The notes under the pieces are model-generated. The model did no database searches and was not told the origin of the DNA. It saw only the letters and a program-made list of their open reading frames with translations. From a virus, in IMG/VR virus record IMGVR_UViG_3300037483_000453, positions 120,902-184,901 of that record: 64,000 nucleotides of DNA. One strand, written 5' to 3'. Positions 38,684-47,095 of this stretch are shown one piece after another (position 1 is the stretch's first letter; the number at the start of each line of letters is the position of its first letter). The translations under genes were made by a program, and so were the position numbers.

Positions 38684-38905
38684 TTATGGCTGCTCTCCCC
38701 TGCTGAGTGTCACCAACCATTCGTCGCGCTGGTCGGCGGTGATGTCGACTCCGTAGCACGCCGCCCACGCAGCCCACTCGGGGTTCTGCGCACATAGCTC
38801 CCCGACAGTGCGCGGCTGCTCACGCAGCCACTTCAGTGCCTCGCAGCACGCGCTTATCTGCTCTGCTGCGTTGATTTGTTCAGGTGTGATGATTGTGTTT
38901 TTCAT
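38684..38905 (-). CDS. Hypothetical protein
   Basis: MKNTIIT...ACCEALKWL. Confidence 0.5.
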   Translation of the reverse strand: MKNTIITPEQINAAEQISACCEALKWLREQPRTVGELCAQNPEWAAWAACYGVDITADQRDEWLVTLSRGEQP

Positions 38906-39452
38906 GGTCGCTCTTTTCCCTGGATTGATTCGCTTGGACGAAGTGGCATGAGCATGCCCCCTTGCACATACACTCCGCAGGCTGCCATGCGTCACATGGA
39001 TGTGTGGTTGCCTCGTTCTCATTCTCGCGAGCACGCTCCCAGTCGCTCTTCTCCCTGATGGTCAACACCTTTGCGGTGTTGGTGTCTGGGACGTCGGTCT
39101 CGTCATCTAGCAGCGCCTGGCCCGTCTTTTGAAGAGGTGACATCGAAGAACGAACGTCAAACAACAGGGCGAGTATTCGCTCTCTTAGCGCAGCTGTCCG
39201 TGGCAACTTAGGTATGGCAGCCGCTTCTCTCACCATGAGTTCAGCAGAAACGTGATCTCCAGCCTTTCGGAATAGCCGGGCAATAGTCAGCAGATGGTTT
39301 GCGACCAGAGCGGTAGTCTGGGCCGCCACAATGTTTGATTCTGTGTCATTCGCCATGATCCTTTTTTCTTCTGCTAGGGCTACCAAGACTGACAGTGAAG
39401 CGATGAGCGGGTACTTGTCGAAGTGGGCATCATCCTTCTCTTCTTTTGTCAT
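38880..39452 (-). CDS. Hypothetical protein
   Basis: GGAGAG RBS before MTKEEK; GATAAGA motif at 39513. Confidence 0.55.
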   Translation of the reverse strand: MTKEEKDDAHFDKYPLIASLSVLVALAEEKRIMANDTESNIVAAQTTALVANHLLTIARLFRKAGDHVSAELMVREAAAIPKLPRTAALRERILALLFDVRSSMSPLQKTGQALLDDETDVPDTNTAKVLTIREKSDWERARENENEATTHPCDAWQPAECMCKGACSCHFVQANQSREKSDHEKHNHHT

Positions 39453-39545
39453 GTTTTCTCTCCTTATCTTGGGCAGGCGGCTTTTCACAGTCGGTGTGCC
39501 AGCCTTCACCTTTCTTATCACACCTAGTAAGGTACAATCTTTGGT

Positions 39546-40145
39546 ATGGAATCGAAGGTCTTCGAGTCATTTGCAAAGCATGCACTAGCGTTGGGTACCT
39601 TGCGGTCCTACCTGGGAGCTCGAGCTGCACAAGGCGTCGGTGGTGCCAGTGCTTTACGAGGGTCGCTGGTTGGTACTAGAGCACGAACTAGCAGACAGGC
39701 AGTGCAGGGTATGAGCGGCCTGCAGAAACACAGGCTGAGCGGTGTGGCACAGGGTGGGAAAGATGTGCGTAGGATGCAGGAGCTGCCAGCCAAGGCTGGC
39801 CTGGAGGAAACAGCCAAGCGGACAAGGGCCCGGGTAGGCCAGGTCATACAGCAGGAGACCACTAACCCTGCTGCCGCTCGAGCTGGTGGTATGCCCCTAT
39901 CCAAGTCGTATGAGGGCTACAAGACAGACTCCACGATGTCCTACAGCCCCCAGCATGTGGAGCAGGTCATGGGTCTTGCCCCTGGTTCCGTGAAGCTAAA
40001 AGAAGGGCCCACGGCGTTCATGCGCCCAACGCCCAAGGCGCCCACGAGTACTGACGTGACAGTGCCGTCTGCATCTCGTGTGCGCCGTAGGGTGCGTTCA
40101 GCTGACGTGACTACCGCGACTGGTAGGGCAGCATACAGAGCTTAG
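39546..40145 (+). CDS. Basic Gly/Ala-rich putative virion protein
   Basis: N-terminal FESFAKHA; stop abuts the tmRNA 3' end. Confidence 0.55.
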   Translation: MESKVFESFAKHALALGTLRSYLGARAAQGVGGASALRGSLVGTRARTSRQAVQGMSGLQKHRLSGVAQGGKDVRRMQELPAKAGLEETAKRTRARVGQVIQQETTNPAAARAGGMPLSKSYEGYKTDSTMSYSPQHVEQVMGLAPGSVKLKEGPTAFMRPTPKAPTSTDVTVPSASRVRRRVRSADVTTATGRAAYRA

Positions 40146-40523
40146 TGGTGGACCCGGCGGGAGTCGAACCCGCGTCCGCGAAATATCCATGTTGAGCGCT
40201 ACGAGTGTAGTCTCACTTTGCAGTTTTAGGGTTTGCATGGCCGAGACAACCAACCCTTGGGGCGCCCCGTTTCCGGTTTACCTCCACCACCGATTCTTGA
40301 GCTTCAACCGGGCGATCGGAGCCCGGCTTTTTTCCCACTGTGTCCACACCCTAGGGCTACTGTGAGATCCTTACCCTAGGACGGACGCTTAGGCCGCGAG
40401 GCGCTGAGCGACGGTGCCGTTATCGTTGGCGTTTTTGGTTCTCAGGCAGGATTTACGTGGTCACCTAAGACCCACGACTCGCTCTCAACACTTCTTATTC
40501 CCCGTCGAAACCGTGACGAGCCC
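40146..40523 (-). ncRNA. ssrA: tmRNA, tag (A)ANDNGTVAQRLAA* at 40430..40389
   Basis: 5' GGGCTCG pairs with 3' CGGGTCC-A-CCA including G3.U70; GGTTTCGACGG; T-arm GCGGG-TTCGACT-CCCGC; tag ends LAA*. Confidence 0.97.
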
Positions 40524-40531
40524 GTTATTAG

Positions 40532-40609
40532 CGCCTGGGGCGGGAATCAAACCCACGTCTTCCACTCCGCTAAACGGGAGTAGGTGCTCTACCACTGAGC
40601 TACCCAGAC
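40532..40609 (-). tRNA. tRNA-like gene with extended anticodon arm, identity undetermined
   Basis: Acceptor GTCTGGG/CCCAGGC, D-arm GCTC-AGTGGTA-GAGC, T-arm GTGGG-TTTGATT-CCCGC; 23-nt anticodon arm; no encoded CCA. Confidence 0.75.
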
Positions 40610-40616
40610 CAAACTA

Positions 40617-41491
40617 CTATCGCACATACACCTCTCGGCGTGCAACCGGGGAACGGTGCTTCCTCGGTAGTTCAAAGATCTTCGTGTAGCCAGGTGCCCC
40701 ATACACAGCTTTACCTGTGAGCACTGTCATATTCGGGGCATGCTCATACACTCCTGGACTATGCGTGTGCCCACACAACACGAAGATCTGATTGTTTGGG
40801 TGGCTCTCTGCAACCTCACACAGCATGGACCCCATGTTCCCACTAGTGAACCAGGGCAACCAGTGCCTATCGGACATAGCTCCTTCATGCCAGCAGGCCT
40901 CTGGGAAGGGCGGGAAGTGTGTGACAAATACGACGTCTCTCCGAAGCTCTAGGGCCGGGAGCAAGCTCATCTGGGCTTCATAGGCTGCCAGGGCACTCAC
41001 ACTGCGTAGTTCCTGTAGCAGGCTTATCCGGCCAACTACCCCAGCACCCCATAGATGACGGTCGTAGTGGATTCGTAAGTCTTCGATTAGGTCGAAGTCA
41101 GACATGATGACTTGGGATCCGGTTGGATCTCCATATATCCCATCAAACCACCCCTGGTGCCCAACCAATGCAGTCATGTCATCTAGTAGGATTGGCTTAT
41201 GCCGGTCTAACCACACAAGGTTGTCAGGCAGTCCCTGCTCAAGGTCCTTTCTGACACCCGCGAAGCTGCCGCGGTAGTAGTCGTGGTTTCCCAATACAAA
41301 GTAGGTAGGCACACCTACTCCCTCCGCAAACTGTAATAGTAGAGCGCGGACGGTGGGAGCCTCAGCGATATCGCCGGATATTACGACTGCTTCAAAATCT
41401 TTCTCCTGTCGTAGGTATGCGCCAAACGATCGTGGTGCACCTGGAGTTCGTAAGAAGTTTAGATGTCTGTCAGCCAGCATAGTCTGAACAT
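40617..41491 (-). CDS. Calcineurin-like metallophosphoesterase (CpdA/Icc-like), apparent N-terminal frameshift
   Basis: SGDIAE, VLGNHD, VTHFPP, CGHTH; the RBS-supported frame MFRLCWLTDI* is out of frame with the body 41480..40617. Confidence 0.85.
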
Positions 41492-41503
41492 CGCATGAGC
41501 TCC

Positions 41504-41746
41504 TTACCGGCCAACTTCATCGTAGTCACTGTACTCTTCGGGCTCAAGGAGGTCGTAGCCGTCAATGATCACTCGCTCTGAATCCTGGGTACGCATGATG
41601 TAGAGCTGCATGCCCCTATCGAAGGAACATTCGTCAAAGTGGTGTTTGCTGAGCTCACACTGTTCACCCTCTGGCGTAGCGTTGTTGCAGCGCTCGTGGG
41701 TATGACTACCAATGCGTGTGAAATGGGTTACTTGTCGAGTCTTCAT
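41504..41746 (-). CDS. Small hypothetical protein
   Basis: AAGGAGA RBS; GATAAGA motif at 41768. Confidence 0.55.
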   Translation of the reverse strand: MKTRQVTHFTRIGSHTHERCNNATPEGEQCELSKHHFDECSFDRGMQLYIMRTQDSERVIIDGYDLLEPEEYSDYDEVGR

Positions 41747-41807
41747 AGTGACGTCTCCTTCTGCTGTTCTTATCCCTCCCCGGTGATAATGTTTGCGGAG
41801 GTACATT

Positions 41808-42011
41808 ATGGCTAAAGTTGAAGTGACTATCGAAGAAGTGACATTGAAGAACGACAGTGGACGGGCCCTACCTGGTGTTCGCGCTGAGTGTGTACGCTGC
41901 GGTTACGTCGTCGAGTCTTTCGGGACTGGTGATGGTTCCAGGCGCAGGTGCCTGGCCGTCATGCGCGATGACTGCCCAGAGCTCGAAGTAAACTACTATG
42001 AGGAGGGTTGA
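41808..42011 (+). CDS. Small Zn-ribbon-like protein
   Basis: GGAGG RBS; CVRCG. Confidence 0.6.
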   Translation: MAKVEVTIEEVTLKNDSGRALPGVRAECVRCGYVVESFGTGDGSRRRCLAVMRDDCPELEVNYYEEG

Positions 42012-42214
42012 TGCCAAAACAGGAACTCAAAGAACCCAGCAGTACGCTGGAGAAGCAGTTGATTGAGACGATGTTAGCTGGTCATTATGAATGGAGACCT
42101 GACCTCTTCTATCCCGAGTCGTACTCCGACATGCAGGGGTGTGCCCGTGCTCTCTTGAGGCGTTTTGATATTGTAATGAGGCCCCTTGATGTGGAGCTTG
42201 AGTATGATGATTAG
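42008..42214 (+). CDS. Hypothetical protein
   Basis: Overlap with the upstream stop. Confidence 0.55.
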   Translation: MMPKQELKEPSSTLEKQLIETMLAGHYEWRPDLFYPESYSDMQGCARALLRRFDIVMRPLDVELEYDD

Positions 42215-42258
42215 GGGGCGACATTCGACTGGGATTTTCATACGTATGGGTTTTTGCT

Positions 42259-43131
42259 ATGCTGATGCACATGGATAGCAACCTGTTGAAAAGCTTCGTC
42301 GGCAGCCTGGAGAAATGGGCGGCCTTGTCTGACTCTGAGAAGGCCGTGTTCAAACAGGTCGTACGCAATCAGGCCAAGTTTGACCAGGAGGCTGCTACTG
42401 GTGGGGTGGGTGAAGCACAGAAGGAGCTCCATCGGCAGAACACCGAGCGGATGCAACACTTCCAGAAGAAGAGAAAGGACAGTGGCGCCAAGATCCCAGC
42501 TTGGGCCGCCGATCCTGGTGGTAAGAGGCCAAAAGGGGCCCGCCCCGGGTTTGGCGGCGCCGGGCGTCCTTACGCCGGGCGAGGTGGGCAGATGCCTCCA
42601 GCAATGGAGAGGGCACTGGAGAGGGCACTGCGGTGGGCCCAGAAACACCCCAAGTCCTCCGCGGCGATAGGTCTTGGCTTGTATGGCGGGGCGGTGGGTG
42701 CGATGGTTGGCCATCAGGTCAGCCGTGCCCCCGCACTCACCAAGAGTGAGAAGAAAAAGTACGACCGTGCCACCAAATCCCTGGGGCCGGTGGCTACCTG
42801 GGCTGCGGACAATCCGGTTAGAGGCTCAGCACTCCTGGGAGGGGTTACACAGGCTGTGGGTGGCGCTGCCGCTGCGTCGGCGGCCTTGAAACGCAAAGAC
42901 CCACTCCTTGGATACTACGGGGGTGCACTGGGATCAACCGGTGCTATAGTTGCGCTCGACAAGTTTCTTGGCAACCGGGCTAGCGCCAAGAAGTCGGTCA
43001 TGACGAGGGAAGAGCGCAATCGCAAGCGTCGTGAGGAGTACGCCAAAAAGTCCAAGGCGCCAGGTGTGCCTAAGCCCACGACGCTGACGACGGTCAAAGT
43101 TCCGAAGATGCCCAAGGCTGCATGGGGCTAA
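42259..43131 (+). CDS. Gly/Ala/Lys-rich putative virion protein
   Basis: N-terminal SFVGSLEKWAA; Gly-zipper hydrophobic segments. Confidence 0.6.
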   Translation: MLMHMDSNLLKSFVGSLEKWAALSDSEKAVFKQVVRNQAKFDQEAATGGVGEAQKELHRQNTERMQHFQKKRKDSGAKIPAWAADPGGKRPKGARPGFGGAGRPYAGRGGQMPPAMERALERALRWAQKHPKSSAAIGLGLYGGAVGAMVGHQVSRAPALTKSEKKKYDRATKSLGPVATWAADNPVRGSALLGGVTQAVGGAAAASAALKRKDPLLGYYGGALGSTGAIVALDKFLGNRASAKKSVMTREERNRKRREEYAKKSKAPGVPKPTTLTTVKVPKMPKAAWG

Positions 43132-43156
43132 GAAGAAGGCATAGCGCCATCTTCAT

Positions 43157-43507
43157 TTAGCAGGGAGCGTTACCTACTAGCTCCTCACATGCGTCATGCA
43201 ATCTCTGCGTCTCCTCAGGGCTTAGAAGGCCACTATTGATCTCTTCCCACGCTCGGTTGACAGCCAGTTTAGTGCGTCCGCCGTTCAACGAGGAGACAAA
43301 ACCGATTGCCCACATATACATGAATAGGTAGAGCACACCGAGGATGCTGTAGTACCAGGGTGGTGGTTTGATTTCCTCCAAGTCTCGCCCGGTGGCTGCA
43401 TTGATGAAGTCAACAATCCACAGTGTTGTGGAGATGCCGACTATTGTGAGGGCTACATACCCGCACACGAGTATGGTCATTACTGCGTCTATGTAGGTTA
43501 TGGGCAT
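43157..43507 (-). CDS. Membrane protein (two predicted TM helices)
   Basis: AAGGAG RBS; two hydrophobic stretches. Confidence 0.6.
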   Translation of the reverse strand: MPITYIDAVMTILVCGYVALTIVGISTTLWIVDFINAATGRDLEEIKPPPWYYSILGVLYLFMYMWAIGFVSSLNGGRTKLAVNRAWEEINSGLLSPEETQRLHDACEELVGNAPC

Positions 43508-43526
43508 AGTGTCTCTCCTTCATGTT

Positions 43527-43550
43527 TCTTATCTCCGATCGGAGATAAGA
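43527..43550. promoter_or_regulatory. Perfect 24-bp palindrome made of two divergent GATAAGA motifs
   Basis: TCTTATCTCCGATCGGAGATAAGA between divergent genes. Confidence 0.7.
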
Positions 43551-43566
43551 GTTGTGGAGGTAACCA

Positions 43567-43761
43567 ATGCTAACACCACCGGACCTAGGCCGCTGCCAAG
43601 TTGTTGCGGAACAGAAACCTGGACTTATGTCTTTGCTAGACCACGTGGAGCTCGGCTCTCGTAGTAAAGGCTTTAGTAAAGGGCTGAGTAAAGGCAGGCC
43701 GTTTCGCAAGACGCCCTGCTACCCGAAACTGTGGAGGAGCGACAATGCTGAAATCAGATGA
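43567..43761 (+). CDS. Small hypothetical protein
   Basis: GGAGG RBS. Confidence 0.5.
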   Translation: MLTPPDLGRCQVVAEQKPGLMSLLDHVELGSRSKGFSKGLSKGRPFRKTPCYPKLWRSDNAEIR

Positions 43762-44278
43762 CCTTAGAGGGATGTCCGTGCCTACGGTGTTTCGTAACTA
43801 CAAGGGTAAGTGTGAGAGAGATCTTGAGGCAACTATCAGGTGGATACAGGATGAGTGTGTTTGGGCGGATCACGCCCTGCATGGAGTGGTGCGGAGCTTG
43901 GGGTATGCTTTGAAGATGCGTGACTTCCAGCATACGGTGATTGTGCGTAGTGAAAGTGCTTGCAGACCGTTTGACGATGCCGACGCCGCACTCCTCTACC
44001 TGGACTTGGGAGGGGAACTATTCAAGTTGCCCCGGTCAGTTACTGAGGGCCGTGTAGGCGATCGCTACTACATTCTGGAGGATATGAGGGAAATCGAGTT
44101 TGCCATTCTCCATGAAGACTACACTTGGAGCACAGTCAAGGAGACTGTGCCAGTACCACTTGCTGATAGTGACGAGAAGAGCGTTGACTGGTTTACAGAG
44201 GTTCATCTGTCTAAGGAAATCTTCTACCGCAAATCCATAATGGCAGCTGTTTATAGCAGGCCACTACAGGAGGACTAA
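43745..44278 (+). CDS. Hypothetical protein
   Basis: GGAGGAG RBS. Confidence 0.6.
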   Translation: MLKSDDLRGMSVPTVFRNYKGKCERDLEATIRWIQDECVWADHALHGVVRSLGYALKMRDFQHTVIVRSESACRPFDDADAALLYLDLGGELFKLPRSVTEGRVGDRYYILEDMREIEFAILHEDYTWSTVKETVPVPLADSDEKSVDWFTEVHLSKEIFYRKSIMAAVYSRPLQED

Positions 44279-44601
44279 TGGGTTTCATCACAACGCTCAC
44301 AGCCAACAATGACACCATCCACCGTTTACCGGGGTACCCAGACTTGGGTGATGAGATTTACCATGCCATTCTTGACTGCGGTACCCAGCACAAGCAGGCA
44401 CCAGTTGGGAACTCTGGCATCATAGCTCACGAAAGCCATGACGCAGCCGTGGGAGTAGCCGTCCTTATCGGGGGCATGAGCAACGCACTTGTGCTGGGTG
44501 CCAGGGTTCTCTCTACAGTGCTAGATCCCGAGCTGCAGACGCTGAGTCAGCTCGCAGACAAGCATGGGTATGTGCTCCACAAGAAGGTGAGGAGACCATG
44601 A
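44278..44601 (+). CDS. Hypothetical protein
   Basis: TAATG overlap. Confidence 0.6.
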   Translation: MGFITTLTANNDTIHRLPGYPDLGDEIYHAILDCGTQHKQAPVGNSGIIAHESHDAAVGVAVLIGGMSNALVLGARVLSTVLDPELQTLSQLADKHGYVLHKKVRRP

Positions 44602-44918
44602 AGCTGATTGTGGAGGTTACTATGGACAATGCCGCTTTCGACAGCAGTGGGTTTGAGCTGGCTCGGGTCCTTAGCGCTACCCAAGACAGGACTATTGAAC
44701 TCCTGACCGGGACGCGGACCGAGCATTTTGCACCTGGTACGTATGCCGAGTTGCGGGACACTAATGGCAATCTAGTGGGCAGCGTACGCCTTGAGGGAGT
44801 CTTGTGGTGTGATGAGTGTGGTAATGGGTGGGGCGTTGACGAGTGCGCATTCTGTGATGGAAAGTTCTGCATCGGTTGTAGTGCCCCCGGAGACCACCAA
44901 GACTGTTTGGAGGAGTGA
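44598..44918 (+). CDS. Hypothetical protein with C-terminal Cys cluster
   Basis: ATGA overlap; LRDTNGNLVG; four CxxC-like pairs. Confidence 0.6.
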   Translation: MKLIVEVTMDNAAFDSSGFELARVLSATQDRTIELLTGTRTEHFAPGTYAELRDTNGNLVGSVRLEGVLWCDECGNGWGVDECAFCDGKFCIGCSAPGDHQDCLEE

Positions 44919-46033
44919 TGAATGACGTTGTGCTACCCATGTTGTTCGTGAAGACAGCTGCGGGATCAATCAACTATTGGCAGGTGTGGACTGAAGGGGC
45001 TGACATCTGCATGCGTTGGGGCCAGCTTGAGGGCCAAGAACAGATCAATCGTACTCCGGCCACACCGAAGAACGTGGGCAGGTCCAATGAGACCACTGGC
45101 CCCGAGCAGGCAGTCAAGGAGGCCGAGGCTCGCTACGCCAAGCAACTGCGGCTGAAGTATCAGCCCACCATCGAGGCGGCACGATCTGGCATCAATATCA
45201 AACCCATGCGGGCCTACAGCCTTGTGGGACGGGAGAAGCACTTGAAGTGGCCTATGACCTGTCAGCCCAAGTATGACGGTTGTAGGTCCATGGCGTATTA
45301 CACCCAAGTGAAGCTGTGGCTCATGAGTAGGGGTGGGCTCGAGTACACCATCAAGCACGTCACAGGGGAGCTCGAGGGGCGCGTGCCCTTTGGCTGGAGT
45401 TTGGATGGTGAGCTCTACGTCCACCACATGCCCCTGCAGACCATCCGTCATCACATTGAGACGTACACCGAAGAGTCGCTACAGATTCAGTTCGTCTGTT
45501 ACGATATGGTTCACCTTCAATGTACCGAGATGCCATGGCGGGAGCGTCAGGAGCACCTCACCGACTTCTTCGTCTGTAACCCAGGCCTGGAGTACACCAG
45601 GATGGCGCCGTCCATCGAGGTGCACAGTATGGAGGACCTCGATGCCCTCCACGACCGGTGGGTCGAAGATGGCTACGAAGGTCTCATCGCTAGAGATATG
45701 GATGGGCCATATAAGCTCGCAGCCAAAAGCACCGCGCTGCTCAAGTACAAGAAGTTCGAGGACGACGAGTTCAAGATCTTAGATTGGTCACTCGGTAAGG
45801 ACGGTATTATCCAGTACACCTGCCACGTGGAGGAGGGCAAGACCGTGGAGGCTAGGCCCAAGGGCACAGCGGAGATGCGGGCTCAAATGCTGCGGGATGC
45901 ACAGGCAGGCAAGGCAGTGGGTAAATACCTCACTATCCGCTTCATTGGCCGCTCACTCGACAACATCCCGCTGCATCCACACGGCGTAGCCATCCGTCAG
46001 AAGAGGGACATGGACCAGCACGAGGCTAAGTGA
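44915..46033 (+). CDS. lig: ATP-dependent DNA ligase with N-terminal WGR-like domain
   Basis: QPKYDGCR, LDGELY, YDM, GYEGLIAR, LLKYK, OB-fold GKYLTIRF. Confidence 0.92.
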   Translation: MMNDVVLPMLFVKTAAGSINYWQVWTEGADICMRWGQLEGQEQINRTPATPKNVGRSNETTGPEQAVKEAEARYAKQLRLKYQPTIEAARSGINIKPMRAYSLVGREKHLKWPMTCQPKYDGCRSMAYYTQVKLWLMSRGGLEYTIKHVTGELEGRVPFGWSLDGELYVHHMPLQTIRHHIETYTEESLQIQFVCYDMVHLQCTEMPWRERQEHLTDFFVCNPGLEYTRMAPSIEVHSMEDLDALHDRWVEDGYEGLIARDMDGPYKLAAKSTALLKYKKFEDDEFKILDWSLGKDGIIQYTCHVEEGKTVEARPKGTAEMRAQMLRDAQAGKAVGKYLTIRFIGRSLDNIPLHPHGVAIRQKRDMDQHEAK

Positions 46034-46075
46034 AGGGCTTACGCCCTTCGAGAAGAGGGCATGAGCCCTCTTCTT

Positions 46076-46567
46076 TTAGCCATTGATCCCTTCTGAGTTT
46101 TTGGCCATTGTAACGAGCAAATCGCGCTGCCCCAACACGTGCGCAAATCGGATGGGGTTGTTGACGGGGGCCTCGGTGAAGTCGTCCAGGTTCAACCATC
46201 TGCCTGCGCGTTTCTGTAAACAGGGCAAGCAAAGTAGGTTGTGGGGTTGCTCGCTCGGTAGGTGGTAGTCAATGACAGCCTCGGGGTACATGGTCTTGAA
46301 GCGCTCATCCATCATGGCCATGTCTGCCGTGTGTGTTGGCCATACGGCGTCCCACAATGAGTCAAGCACCATGTACCCTCCGGGCTGTTTATGGCAGTCG
46401 AAGCAGATACATGGGTCAATACGGGTATACAAGCTTGAGCGGGACATGGCCAAGACGCATTCCTCGATCTTCTGTTCCAGTTGTGCCCGAGTGCGCTCGT
46501 AGCACTCGCATTGTTCTATCGAGTTGCCACACTTGGTACAGCTGCGATCTGGATACCGGACGTTCAT
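46076..46567 (-). CDS. Cys-rich hypothetical protein
   Basis: ATGA overlap; YMVLDSLW...LLCLPCLQKRAGRWL..DDF. Confidence 0.6.
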   Translation of the reverse strand: MNVRYPDRSCTKCGNSIEQCECYERTRAQLEQKIEECVLAMSRSSLYTRIDPCICFDCHKQPGGYMVLDSLWDAVWPTHTADMAMMDERFKTMYPEAVIDYHLPSEQPHNLLCLPCLQKRAGRWLNLDDFTEAPVNNPIRFAHVLGQRDLLVTMAKNSEGING

Positions 46568-46866
46568 ACCTGCCACACTGCCGTCAAGTCGACGATCTTG
46601 TCCAAGGCCTGTGCCACGCTGTCCTTCATAGCGTCTACGTTGGGCTCAGGCTTGTAGCACTCCACGACGAGCTCCTTACTGCAGTAGAGCATCACAGCGG
46701 TAATCTTCAGGCCGACTCTGTGCGAAGCGTGGGTGCCATAGTTGGACAGCAGGTTGGTCTCGCTGCTCATGGCTTCGAGCAGTGAGGCCCAGTCCAGCAC
46801 TGCCCTGGGTTCCTCTGGGTCGTTGCTCAGTCCTAAGTGCTTGGTTCCATCAGAATGTGTTGGCAT
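46564..46866 (-). CDS. Hypothetical protein
   Basis: AAGGAGA RBS; GATAAGA motif at 46886. Confidence 0.6.
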   Translation of the reverse strand: MPTHSDGTKHLGLSNDPEEPRAVLDWASLLEAMSSETNLLSNYGTHASHRVGLKITAVMLYCSKELVVECYKPEPNVDAMKDSVAQALDKIVDLTAVWQV

Positions 46867-46912
46867 TTCATATCTCCTTCACTCTTCTTATCACCGGCCG
46901 GTCGTGATATTT

Positions 46913-46948
46913 GAGGCTAAGAAGGACGCCCCGTTTTGGGGCGTTTCC
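46913..46948 (-). terminator. Hairpin plus TTAGCCTC tail
   Basis: ACGCCCC-aaaac-GGGGCGT then CCTTCTTAGCCTC on the minus strand. Confidence 0.55.
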
Positions 46949-47095
46949 AGTTTATTGGAGTGTATTTATCTCCTCACCCGGAGTAGCCATGCTGGTGTAG
47001 GACCGGCAACCTGATTTTTGTGCGTGTAGCACTCATGTTTTGTTCATGTTTGTGGTGAGGCTTGTCTGCCTTTCCATTGTTCTTATCACTGGTTA

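Noticed and set aside
40146-40170. tmRNA 3' end as a prophage attachment boundary
   Set aside because: Both sides are phage-like and share the same promoter motif; I saw no duplicated 3' fragment or integrase.
41459-41470. The odd tRNA (UUUA loop) suppressing the phosphoesterase frameshift at UAAA
   Set aside because: Quadruplet decoding gives +1, but the body of the gene is in the -1 frame.
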